DNA of 64,000 nucleotides, taken from positions 362,723 to 426,722 of the forward strand of contig MNCI01001451.1 of NCBI GenBank assembly GCA_015680685.1, written 5' to 3'. This DNA comes from Gnetum montanum. Lineage: Eukaryota > Plantae > Gnetophyta. Made by a program: the position numbers and the translations under genes. Shown piece after piece: positions 11,215-24,275 of the stretch; the first letter of the stretch is position 1, and each line of letters begins with the position of its first letter. Under the pieces are notes generated by a model. That model was given only the letters and a program-made list of their open reading frames with translations, was not told where the DNA came from and did no database searches.

Positions 11215-14000
11215 ATGGCACCAAGACTGAAATGACCACATGAGAAAGGACCCTCTCAACCACTAAAGGCAACCCATGCAATAGGACCTCTTAGAGAGAA
11301 GCCCAAAGTGGAATTTGTTCAATAGATTCCTAAAGAAGAAGTTCCATTAGAACAATTACAACGAGGGAAAGCACTAGGACCCATACCAAGGCTTGAAGTC
11401 ACACTAACACAAGCCTACCTTGACACCATCAGGCCCCGTGATATCCAACACTTAGTTCTCTAGGAACTAAACTTTGGGCAATTTCTACAACATGCTCCAG
11501 CAGAGGTGAAAACATAATTGCAAACTTCTCCCATGTGGCCAATCATCACTTCTAGTGGGGAGTCGTACATGGAAGAAACATACCTATTCTGGAATAACAA
11601 AAGGGTAGGCTTCACAGTGAAAATCAAGGATATTCAAGTATCCTACTCTGCTAAAGTTATCGCACAGGCATTGGGGTTGTCTGATATTGAGAGATAATTG
11701 GTAGAGTTATCAGCATAAGCTGAACCTAAGGCTAAAAAGGAGTGGACCCAATGCTGTTATGAGGTCAATCGTAAGGAGTTTAGCATGCTCACATCGATGG
11801 AATGCATATACTTCAAAATCATAGCCTATCACCTCAATCCAATGGTGGGGCCTAGCAAGGTGACTACCTTTTCTATCCAAGCATGCACCTTTCTAAGAGG
11901 AAGATTTCTAGCAAACCTTCCACAACTAATCTATTTAGAGATTGAGAACCGCTTTAAAGAAAATGAATGTGGAAGAAAAACCTTGCCTTCTCCATGCCTC
12001 ATCTAGAAACTTTGCAAAAGGGCGAGGATCGTTCACTATGCAAATGACATGATTAGGCATGCTTCTTTGGCCTTGTGATCTAAAATAATGAAGGATAAGA
12101 CACCTTTCATGACTAAATCAAGGCAGTAGCAGCCACCACCTCCACTGCCTACTCAAGAAACAATGCCAAAGGTTCATGCAGCCATTGAGTGCTAGCACAA
12201 AATCTGAGAATAGCTCTTGCATGAGCAGGAGCAACATGCAGGAACAAGTAGTGGAGATCCATCCATATATCAACCTGCAATGAGTCATCTTAATGAGTTG
12301 GCTCAAATAATTATCCAAATGGAAAGAGGTGGCCCGATATTCTCTACCCAATGAAAGCAGTTGCTTGCAAGGTTGGATCCTAATGCCTGAGAGGTGATGA
12401 TGTCTTTATCTCAACACCATGAAATCTCTAGGAATGCTTCCTCCTTTTTAGTGAGTTTGGAGAAGGGCAAGGGGGCAACTGTATTGGTGATGCAACACCA
12501 AGGATAGAAGACCACTACTGAAGTAGTCACTGACCGAATCGCTGAAGTGCTTAATGCACCTATGACATCTGTACTAGACATATCTACACTTCAAGATGTG
12601 CAAACATTCACAGTCATGGTCAGTGGAAGATTGAATGCAACCCAGCACAAAGAATTGCTAGATTGATTAGTAGGAACTAGGCAATCGATCTTAGATATCT
12701 TCGATTTTTCAGAAAATATCACTACAACCCTATCAAAGCTATTGGAAGAAAAGGGCAAGTGCATCATCCTAGAAGGGCAACTTGAAATAGCCCAGGCACA
12801 AAACCAACACTTGGCCACAGAAGTTGCTAAACTATGTGATCATTTTGCTGATCCCGCACTCCTCAGCCCAGCGACAACTAGAGATGAAGCTTTTCAATAG
12901 CTTCAAGAATGAATAAAACAAGCTAAGGAGGAAATGGTGACAACCATCTTCAACCAACCTATAGTAGAAGCAAAAACCTACTCGATTCAGAAGGACTTGG
13001 TTCAAATGCACTAGGAAAATGAATCACTAACCGCAAAAAATCATTGCGTGTGCAATGTTGATATATAGAAGCAAAAAATGCAAGAATTCATTCATCAACA
13101 ATAGGACCAACTTACTAGGGTAAATAGTGAGTTGTGAAAATTGGCCGTGGAGAATCAAAATCTATCTATGGCAGAAGTCCAAGCCTTACGCCAGAAGTCT
13201 ACCATTGAGATCGCTGTCTAGAAAAATGAGGTTCTCAAGTTTGAAAGAGTTAAAAATTACTATAAAGACCAAGTTGGCTTATAGAAGGAGGTAAATGAGA
13301 AACATATTCAAATGACTAAGGCAAAAGTAAATGAAGCCATCCAGCAACTCTAGCAAGGAAGAGAAGTATGGTAGCCGATCATTGATGGGATTGATGCTTA
13401 TAATAGAGTAGAGATCCACCTAAAGTAGTTGCAGATTGAAGAAATGATAGAATACATAGAATTGGCCAATCTCTGCTATGAAAACCTAGCAATGTTGACT
13501 ATCAAATGGCCATGATTAGAATTGAAAAAATAAATGGCAAGCTCATACTTTCTATACAAGGCCAAGTTTAAGCACCATAGGGACACCAAGAAAAAACTTG
13601 AGATGACAAATGTTGAACTCAAAGTTCTCAAGGCACAATGCATGGATCAATAATCAACTATCAAGAACTTGGCCAAGAGAATGAATGATTACCAAAAGCT
13701 AAAAGATGCAATCAAAATGTTCGACATTGAGCATAAACAATTTGCTACCTAGTTCATTGATGCAAAGGAGCTATTCCTAGCGATTTCCTATCCTTGGGAT
13801 GTGCCTATTCTGATCCACATTGGCAAAGCTACATGGACAATGCACAATCCTATAAGTAAGGAGGAGAAAATAAAAGCATTGCTAGATGCTTTTCACCTCT
13901 CGCTAAAAGTTGCAATAATATCATGACAATTGCAACTACCTCAGCCGCTACACATGCTTCAAGTTGGTGAAGGTCCTTCAAAGCCTCAAGAACCTCCACT
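11215..14000 (+). pseudogene. Degenerate env-like/accessory ORF of the Athila-like element (plant transposon-protein-like N-terminus plus long coiled coil)
   Basis: Long stop-interrupted frame ...ELNFGQFLQHAPAEV...LFWNNKRVGFTVKIKDIQVSYSAKVIAQALGL...IYFKIIAYHLNPM..., followed by E/K/Q-rich heptad-like sequence. Lies between pol and the 3' LTR. End coordinate approximate. Confidence 0.7.
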
Positions 14001-14250
14001 GCTTTGGACTATTTGATCTTCCCAATTGACTTCATGCCATTAGAGGACATGTTGTTCAATTTGCAGAGTCATGTCATCATGTTCAATTTTGTGTCAAGAA
14101 CACCACAATTTTTGTTATGTGTTGATTTGTACACTTGGGTACTTAGTTTTGTTATGTCAATTTGTTGAATCTAGAGTCCATTAATAATCCCATACCTTTC
14201 CAATTTTGTAAAGAAACGTGATGATGAGTTTTCATTCAATCATGGGGGTA

Positions 14251-15130
14251 TGATGAGTTGTGGTTGGCCTTATCAACACAACCCCATCGATGCATCATTT
14301 CATGCATCGACATAGCCCCATCAATGCAAGGTTCATTTTTGCTTATAAATATGTGCTCACTAGCTACATTTATGGCATTAGTCAATCATAGTGTAGCAAA
14401 GCTCTTGTTGTTTTTTTCATTTGAAAGTTAGAATATTTTTCCAAGTACCCACGACAAGAGTCATTGAGTGTATAGATCTTTATTCAAGCACTATTGTACC
14501 TAAGCACGACAGTGTGTGTAGCAATAAAGATGAACTTCTTGATAAACCTTGAAGCATTTTGGATAGCTTAAATGTTTCATTTATGCATTTAATATTCTTA
14601 GTTATTTATTCAATGTTTTCTAGTAATTAAGCTAATTAAGTAATTAAGTGAGATAAGCTAGATAGATTAATTACATAAGTATGACCGCTTCGAGCATAAC
14701 ACATATTTGCTTGGTAATCCCAATAGCGTTATTGCTTGGTGCGCCCAATGGCATAGTTCTTGGTAACCTAGCAGTGGATACATGGGTTCAAGATGTTTAT
14801 GGAAAGTGTGACCGAATGCTTATGTTAAGACTAGTTAGAGATCATTTAGTTAGTTAAATCAAATTAGTCATTAAACTACTTTATCTCTCTTTTCAAGCAC
14901 CAAAGAACCTAAAAGATAAAATGATAAAAATCATATACCTTGATTACACATAACCATACCTTTAAGCTTCACAAGTGTAATTGGGAAGATAATGAATGAC
15001 CTTAGGGAAAGATTCGCTTCCTAGAAGACTAGTGCATCAAAAACTATAAAGTTCACAAAATTTGACTAGATCGCACATGAATGCTTTGTGATTTGTATGG
15101 TTGGGTGTAGGGGTACCTTGTCACTCATCA
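14251..15130 (+). repeat. 3' LTR of the Athila-like element
   Basis: Preceded by PPT catgggggta; TGATG...CATCA termini; matches 1874-2777. Confidence 0.92.
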
Positions 15131-16299
15131 AACAACATGCTGTAAATCCACTTCATACTAAGCTTGAAGCTCTTAGCGTATCTGCACTTCAAGGAGCAAA
15201 ACTTGCTCCTACTATGGAGGCTCAAAAAAAGATCCCTGATCCAAAGCCCCAACCCTAGCTAATGGCCAACCAAACTTCCTAACCCTCAAATCCTGCAAGA
15301 TGGACGAGGAGGACTTCCCCTCCAAGGAAGGCATCGTCACGAACAAAACCACCCCAAAGGATGGGACGGCATAGGATTAATGAGTTTGGCCACTTTCCAC
15401 AAGGCCGATATCATGCCAAAATGATGCCCCCACTTCCCTTTTTAAAGAGCAACCAAGAAAAAATTTGGTAAATTAACTAGACTACCCATCTACAAGCATT
15501 GCATAAACAAGAAGTGAGAACCCTGGAGCTTCTAGGCATTTCTAGATTGGATGAAATAGCGCTCAACAAGTTTAGCCACATCCAACCATAAATCCAACAA
15601 GGCAGATTTTGAGACCTAGCTACTTGTAGTTTTTAGCATTGTACCTTGGAAAAGCCCTTCAGCATTCTATAAATTGTGTCCCATAGGAAGAACCATCTCT
15701 CCTCCAAGCATTATCCCAAGATATTTTGCAATGTCTTACTCAATCAACTTGATGCGCACCCCCTAGAAGGTAGTGGCACCTCCCTGCCATTGTGAAAAGA
15801 ATTTCTTAAATTGATCAAAATGTTTCTTTATGAATTATATATGTATTAGTGTGGGCATCTTGTGTACATGCTTTGTTGTATGTTCATACATGTTTTGGAT
15901 TCATTATATGGAGGTGGTACTATGTAGATAATAACCATTGAGAAATCAAATCTAGAAAGAAAAGGAAAAAATTCTTTACATAATGTTTATTTTATATCTC
16001 AAGGGTTGAAACAGGTGTGCTTTGTTTACCGTGAATGACTCTTTCAAAAAATATATACACATGCATTGCTAAGGAACTTGATCAATGAATCAAGTGGAAA
16101 GAGCTTGACCTATAAATTAGGGATACTGTGTATCATGGTTAACTTATTTGTAGATAATGAACATGACAAAATCTCTATGAGTTTTTCATGCACTATTCTT
16201 TAGAGTTTCATTAGTTAATAGAATATAAGTACCTCCTCTATTACTGTAGAAAGGTCATGTTGAACTTTCAAGACATCATAAGATGATGCAATAATAAAT

Positions 16300-16370
16300 C
16301 ATCATCATCATCCTAATCTTGTCCCAACAAAATGAAGCTCACATCTATTTCGCCATTCACATCTATGAAG
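16300..16370 (-). mobile_element. 5'-truncated RTE-type retroposon 3' end with (GAT)n tail
   Basis: Reverse complement reads gaatggcgaaatagatgtgagcttcattttgttgggacaagattaggatgatgatgatg, matching 60960-61036. Flanks agatgatgcaataataaat/agataatgcactaatgaat (16/19 identical) look like a decayed TSD. Confidence 0.7.
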
Positions 16371-17379
16371 AGATAATGCACTAATGAATCAATGAACAAG
16401 AAATGGAAATCTTGGCATCATTGATGATCTATTTGGTTTATGTCCTAGACTTGCATCTAATCATTTTTTTCATTTTAAAACCTATGCCTTTGCATTTTCT
16501 GACATGATTCAAAAGAATGAATGCTACTTGAAATGAAGCACAACTACATATTTATTGCTAACAAAATTAGAAACTATATGTTGTTAAGACAAAAATAAGA
16601 AACAAAAATCAATATTAGATCCAAATGTTTCAAAATTGTGAATTTTCTTCTAAGCTAGATCAGGAAGAATTGAACCTAAGATCTAATAAATCAAAATTCC
16701 AAAATGCTGAAGTTGCAGAACTAGGAATTGAAATTGGAATCTATTAGAATATATTTTTATTAATTTTTAACAATGATTACAAAAGGAAATGAACTCATAA
16801 CTCTGTGGTATGGAAAAAAGTTTTTTAAAGAAAGGGAAGAAAAGAAAGAAAAAAAATTCTAAGAAAAAATGAATTATAAGAAACAACACCTCATATCTTG
16901 AAATCCACTAGCAATTATAAAGTGAGAGCAAAAAGGGGTGAGATAAATAAAGAGAAGAAGAAAAAAAAGAGGATGTATGGATAAAAGAGAGAACAACCAC
17001 AAGAGAATGTGGTTGAAAAAGTAAATGAACAGCAACAAAAGAAGGCTATGGTTGTTACAAAAGATAGCAAAAAGAAAGAAAATGAAAGCTAAGTAGCAAT
17101 ACAAGATACTAATAAATTACTCTTGGTAAGCAAGAATGAGAGAGATCATAAAATGATCCTTCTCTTGCTATGTTTCATGAACAACATTGGTTGATTATCT
17201 CAATTTCTCAACTTTTCTTCTTTATTTAGCTTAAATATATTTTTTTACTAGTCTCAACTTTGACCAAATTTGTTGTTGAGATCTTAGATTGTTGAATTCT
17301 TAATTTTGTTGTTGAATCTCTCTACCCATCCTTAGCACTTTTAGGCCTAAACGACTTGGATGAGAGTTTTTTTTTTGTA

Positions 17380-20300
17380 ATAATGATTCAAAAATACCCA
17401 TAATGATTTGGGGCATTTTTGGCATAAATATTTGCAAACATGGACCAAGGATCTCTCATATGAAGATTTGTACTACTAGCAGAAAGTGAGAGGATCATTG
17501 GTTTAGTGCCCCACATTTACACATGTGACCTTAGTACTCTATTAAATACTTAGACTTTAATTTTTTTAAAAGCTTAGATATATATTTGTAGTTGTGCCTA
17601 ATGCTTCTTAGTAATATGAAGACCTTTGTTTGGGTGGCATAAGTAAGATTACTATTTATTACTAATTTCTATCTATTTTTTAATTGTTTTATGTTATATA
17701 TATATTTTATTGATGAATGAGCATGGCAAAACCTAGCATTAGTTTAAAATAATACTAGGAAAATAATATGATGTGGATCTATGGTTTATTTTGATGTTTA
17801 GTTAGAGTTTCTAAAATGCATCAAAATTCAAAGTTGTTAAATCATGCTCAAATCTGGTGAATCAACTTAGTTTTACATCTAGAGTATAGATCTACAATTA
17901 GTTTTTAAATTTTAGCCCTTAGTTTTGAGATCTTAATGTTAAATTAAAAAAAGTACCTAGTGGAACCATATTTTCATTTATTCAATTAAAATACTAATTT
18001 TTAACATGGTAGCTATGGCATGTTTATGCTCATTACAACCAGCTGGACATATGTAAAATATTAGATGGACAAAAAGTTTAATATTAATAATTTTTATTAG
18101 ATAAATTATGGGAAATGTGGAAAATACATAAAAAGCCAAAAATAAATTTGAAATTCTTGTAGCATATAAAGTAAAAAATGACTTAAAACAAGACAAAAAG
18201 GTGGGTCATAAGAAAAGTCAATGTGGGATGGTGATGTATGCTCTATGACATGCTTATGATGACATCTATTTTTTTAATATGCTAAATGTCCAGTTCATAT
18301 TAATGGCTGGAAACGAGACAAAGGACTCATTTAAAACGGACCATGTGACTCTTTTGAGTATTATCAATCTCACAAGTCCACTCCCTCATGAGAGCTTGCT
18401 TGGCCAAGTCAAGCAGCAATGATGCCATGAATAAGAAGAAAAGAATTTTCGAAGAATAGGTTGTCTCATCTTTGCCTATTGTGTAAACTTTTGTGTGTAA
18501 GTCTTAGGGTCTCCTCGATCTTATAAATAGAAGGGGGATTTGCTCTGATTTTCATCTTTGCCAAGGAAGAGGAGATTATGCTAGTTTGAGGATTGAAGAG
18601 TTGAGGAGAGAAGGAGAGTGGTTGTTCTTTGCTTGTTCTCAGCTATCTCTTAGACTGTCTTGAGTGGTTTTGTGGGCTGTTGGGAGGTTGATTTTGCTGC
18701 TGCTATTAGAGGCTTTTGTGACTGATTTTTGAGGACTGTTTGGCCGATCCAAAAGACTTTTCTCTGATTTTTGTGAGAATTTCAGCAACACCTTGGACTT
18801 GCAATTTGAAGCTCATTTATTGAGGCTATTGGCTGGACAACAACCCAAGTTTGAGGTCTCTTCTTCCTTCCCAACTTGGTCGAATTCAACTTTAGAGGTG
18901 TGTATTCCAAATCCTTGTTGTACAGAAATTTTTAGTGAGTGTTTAAGGTTGTATTGGCTTGGACAAGTGAGATTATTTTACAAGGCCATGTGAGATTGTC
19001 TTGTGAGTTTGTGAGTCATGCATGTAGCCTTCTATAAGTTGTGGATCTAACTTTTCATGCATGTTTTGGGCTTATGAGTTAGCATTTTCCTTGTGTCATG
19101 TGCACTCAGTATTTTATGCTTTTGTGATCATTTTATAAAAAATGCCTCCCATCATTCTATCCAAGGTTGGTGATCTCTTGTGTAAGCTACAAAGGCTTAG
19201 TTCTTGGAGGTGCTTAATAGTGTTAGCCTCCACCATTTTATCCAACCCTAGTATTTTGCTTGTGTGAGCTACAAAATGTTGCAGAGTTGGAGAGACTTGG
19301 TGTATGACAGCTGGATGGCCAAAGGGTCCATTGAATACTCATTTAAAAATAAAAATAAGCTATGCATATTAAGAATTTTGTTAACAGCACATATTTTGTT
19401 TTGTTGAGCATTTTTGGGTCAGTTTTGTGAGGTTTTCATGAGTTGTCATGTCCCAATTCATTGTTAAATAATCCTTTGTTCAAACCTACAATTCTCTCAA
19501 TGTGAAATCATATGGCTGAAAAATTTAATAATGAAGATTTCAAAGTTTAGAACCATGTTAATCCATCAATGTGTCTCACACATATCAAATTTTATTGTTT
19601 CCTTTTCTTTCCATTTAGCATAACAGCAAAATGGAATTTTGTTATTTGTCTGCTCCAAAAATTAGATTTCTATTTTTTAAAAATAATGGCTATTCATAGT
19701 AGAGAGACTGTTACCCTTTTGTGGTTATTATTCACTATTCACTGTTTTCTAATTTCATAGAGAATGATAATAATGATAATGATAATAATCACATATAGAA
19801 TCTGCCCTCTGTTTCTCTTTGTTCTAGAAAATATATTAGAGACTGCACATTTACTGTTTTAGCCTGAGAATAAAAAGAACAGTTACTGTTATTTTAAAAA
19901 AAAATGGTTAGCAATCTATTTCCCAAGATTTGTCTCCCAATTATAGATATTGCTGAGCTTGAAAAATATCTTAGTCTATGATAAAAACTTTGTTAAATCC
20001 CAACTTCCATGAACTGTGTTGATAGTTATAATTTCAGATTTATTTCAGTCTCTTTTTCTTCTCCCAAACTCAGACTTGACTATCAAAAATTCAGGCCCCA
20101 CTTTTAAGCTTTCTTTGCCAAAGTTGAATTTTCCATGAGCAGTAAACTTATTCTATGATGTGAGCTAGTACTTATATGGCATTTAAAATACACTTAGGAT
20201 GCATAGTTACTTCTTTCAATTGTATGATGAGAATATTGGATCTTGGAAGCCTTGAAGTCTCCTATAGGGTAAGTCTTTTATTACATAATGAATGTTTTGT

Positions 20301-22566
20301 ACATTTTATCATACTTAGATTTTCCTTTTATGCAAAGTAACTTATTATTTATTTATTCTTATTTCAGTGTGCTAACCCCATTTGTTTATCAGGAATTATA
20401 TTCTTTTATGTGTGACCATGTATGTTTATTTGTTTTCCATAAAATGAACATACATGAATTATGATTAGAAGACTTTTGGACCCTACAATAAGCAATTCAC
20501 CTGAACTCACAACTAATAATTAGGTGGATGATGTATTTGATTGGTCTACATTGTGTAAAACATATAATTTTTTTAAGGATCATTACTAATCATTTTATAA
20601 TAATATATTCATCCCCATACCTTGAATAGATGGGTTGCATTGTTTACTTATTTTGCATACACCATGCCCTAGATGTAGAGATAAACACCACTATCCAACC
20701 CTACCCATGCATATGCTTACTTCAACTTAATATCTTCAGCCATTGGACCCAAGAAGGTTGCATTGCACATTGCTTGAAGGTTTTCAATGATATAGGTGTC
20801 ATTTATAAGTATGTACCCACCTCATGTACCATCCCCATTCACCTATCTTGGGGGTATATTGAGATGTAGTCCACAAATGATGGTTGAGCCAACCTTGTTT
20901 GTGTAGTTTAGAACCCAACGATATCCCAACTCATGACTAAATGGTAACTGAATTCTTCAAGTTAAATAGCCCTCAATGTGGGAATGCAATGCCACATTGA
21001 ATGGGCAAAGTTGTTGAAGCCTATATATTTTTTATTCCTAGCCATTGTTTGAAACCTATTATAGATTAACTGATCTTGTATGGTGAAAACATAGGGGAGG
21101 ATTACGAGTACATCCAACCACATTGGTTGGTGTTTCTTGTAAAATGCAACTTGAAACAAATGAGTCACACAAATGTTTGATGTTTTCTATCTTTTCAAGT
21201 GATAAGAAGTGTTAGCCATCACCCTAGTCAATGCTAGTTTTTAAGGCATCATAGTGCTACCAAAGATAAACAATATGTAATAGATGCATCAATCCTTAGG
21301 ATTATGAGAAGTGGCAAGTTTTCATCCTATCAACAACTTGTTAAGTCTAATGAGGGAAGGAGGTACATAGGCCTTGTAATCAACCCATCATGTTATGAAC
21401 CACATCCTCATTAGTTGCCAATGTAAGTGTAACCCCATGTTTTAAGAGGATTGGAAAAAAACTTTGTAATTATCTTTAGAGGGTATTAGGGGTCCTACAA
21501 TTAGGCTTGTGTCTATTTTGTTGATTTCTGAAATCTAAAGAATAGTTAAATTCTTGGTTTCTATTGGAATTGACTTGATGATCCCCCTTGAATGCTTGAT
21601 CCTTAGATTTGAATCTTAATTCTTGTTGTTAGACCTTTCTAATTCTATTATCTTTCTATGAGTTTAATGAAGTAGGGGAAATCTAGGATGTTAATTTATA
21701 GTGATTAAATTGTAAGTGACCATTATTGATTTCTCTAATCTCTACTATTGGAAAATTGGATAGATTAATTCAACTTGAGTTAAATTGAGATGATTTCGTA
21801 CTATGAGTATACTAAAAATGGTAAAATATTATTATGCCATTGAATTAATTTTAAATTATTGATTTATAAATTTCTTGTGAACAACCATTTGGTTAAAAAA
21901 ATTTGTTAATGAACATCATCAGAATTTGATCCTTAAATAAAAATAAAACCAAAAGGGATTTTTCTTAGCTTTCATACTAACATTGTGGGTCTTTTATGAA
22001 TCTTGTCCCACTACATTTTTCTTATTAGCAAATGGTAAATAGCATTGATCTCTGTTTCAGAAACTTGAAATTGTTTTCATTGATTATTTTTTTCAATATG
22101 GGAATATTAGAACCATTGTTTTCATAAGAAAAACTTTTATCCTCTACATTGGAAAATCTAAGATGCATACAATGTGTTGGAAGAATTGGAATACGACTTC
22201 CTATGATAGATCTTCAGCTTTGGACTTGTGTATCTTATATGGGAACATAAAGGCTTTAGTATCACCATTACAAGAAAGAAAGCAACATGACTACTATAGT
22301 TTTCTTTTATTTTAATTGCAATTTATCTATTTTATGAATAATATGATTTCAGGTTTAGATGTTTTAACATTTGTATTGCAACTTCGATACACAGTGTATA
22401 TTGATACACGTTAATCATTATATTGGTATTCTCTTCCTGCTAGATCCTTGGGCTATAGTATGCATCATAATTGATTAACCGTTTGAAAAAATCTCAGCCT
22501 TGCATTTTAAGCAGCATTTTGGGGGCTTTAGATGTTAGCTCTTGCTCCCTAAAATAGGGTATTACA
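17380..22566 (+). mobile_element. Probable decayed long-LTR (Gypsy-type) remnant with nested fragments
   Basis: TATAAATAG at ~18522 followed by R/U5-like sequence, and a Gypsy-type LTR terminus gggtattaca at 22557-22566. Left boundary and TSD not identified. Confidence 0.35.
21326..21500 (+). repeat. PPT plus short LTR-like end, with a related copy at 279-388
   Basis: Both loci share cctatcaacaacttgttaagt, then a purine tract ending gaaggaggta, then a short unit ending tattaggggtc(c/t)taca. Confidence 0.55.
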
Positions 22567-24210
22567 TTGGACTTTAGTGGTAATAATTAAGATATTTTTT
22601 ATATTTTGTGTAAAGATTATTTGGGGCTTACAATTTTTTTTTAACGCATGGTTTTACATGCAACCAACTCATATGTAATAATTAAGAAGTTTCCATAATA
22701 AGGCTAGGATTGGTCAGTTTGTGTGTCACATGGATCATGGAATATTACCTTTGCATTGTTGTTTATCTAATAGATAAGATTTTGTGAAATGTGAAACAAG
22801 CCACAGATTGACCCTAAAGCTATCTAAACCATCTATTTATTGTTTAATCTTGACCGTTGAATTCATATTCTCTAACATATAAAATTAGAAACCCCATAGC
22901 CCCTTCAACACACATCAAATTTGACTATCAATCATTCATCTCTTTAACAAAGCCTTGTAAAGCCTTGTTAAGCTATGGCCCTTAGATCCCTTTTTGTGTG
23001 TGAATCCTCATGTCATGCCCTTGTGTCCTTGCACTCATTACTATTATGCTACTATGATTATTGAACTAACAAAAGAAATTTGGACTCCTTGTATTATCAT
23101 TTAATTTTCCTTCCAAACCTTAATGATCATTGAATATTCAAATTTAGTCCTTGTTTTAAAGATTTCTTTCATGTTGTGTTAATTGTATAGAAAAACAGTA
23201 GAGAGAGGATTGTCACTTTTCCATTAGTTTGAAAAATTGTGAAACCACAAGTTGTAGTTTGTTCATGGTCTATGACCATGTACCATGATGGTGTCATGGT
23301 CCTCCACCACATGTCATGGTCTAGTCATGGTGCATTCTCCATGCAAAGCAATGACTTAACCATGAGTCACAGTTATAGTATTAGGATGTCACTACGAGTC
23401 ATTATTGAGGTTGTGGAGAATCCCCATGAGTATTAGTCTAATCAACATGGGTCATGGTGAACTATGAAACATTATATGAGTCACAAAATATTGCAAGGAG
23501 AAGATAGTGCATCATCATAAGACATAGGATGGGGCATGGATCATGATAGTAGGCTGCATGGGTAGTGATTGGTCACAGAATAATACTCTGGCAAGTTTCA
23601 ATATTGTCATTTATTCAATTAATTGATCATGTGTTGTTATTAACGAATTGTTATGGTGCTTGTAGTAGAGAGTGTCAATATACGGAGTGCCAACTACTGT
23701 CACTAATGGTTTCATCCTACCAGTGGCTCCAAGATAGATTGTTAGTTAAGTGTCAATAGGTCGAGGGTCAATAAATTAGGGTGTCAGCAGGAAGGCCTCC
23801 ACAAGTGGCTCTCTCTACCGATGGCTCAACCTTAACAAGAAAACTACCATGGAAGCACCTGCAATCACATTGAGCATCAACAGTCAAATATCTACTAGTG
23901 GCTAGACTTAGTTTTGTTTAATAAGGAGCATTAGCAATGAGGTATTCCGCTAGTGGCTAGATAAGATATCTTTTGTTGCACAACTGTTGCTAACAATGAT
24001 AATGAATGTCTGGGAGTCAAGTGTGATCAATGATTCATTTGACAATTCAAGATGTTGGGCAATAGAATAGCTATAGAGTTGGGGAGTTAGATTAAACAGG
24101 GTTGGATCTCTTTTCCCAATTTTGTGGTTTAGGCAGCGCTACCTATGCAGTGGTGGACACTTACAATTGTTTAGATTCACATTCAAAGAGGCAATATGCA
24201 TCTACGCATA

Positions 24211-24275
24211 AAATGGCTTAGTGGTAAAGGCATAAGAATACAAAATTTGGACTAAAAGTTTAATCCTTAACACCT
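24211..24275 (+). mobile_element. Degenerate tRNA-derived SINE head
   Basis: A-box-like tggcttagtgg and decayed B-box-like agtttaatcc at tRNA-like spacing. Confidence 0.35.

Larger units (their letters stand above)
1874..15130 (+). mobile_element. Full-length but decayed Ty3/Gypsy LTR retrotransposon, Athila-like (LTR-gag-pol-long non-coding region-env-like ORF-LTR)
   Basis: Direct repeats at 1874-2777 and 14251-15130 with TGAT...ATCA termini. Degenerate PBS ttagcactatttctgaggac after 2777 (intact form tggcaccgttgctggggac in the related element at 42538-42557). PPT catgggggta at 14241-14250. Flanks aatag/aacaa may be a decayed TSD. Domain order is PR-RT-RH-INT. Confidence 0.95.
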
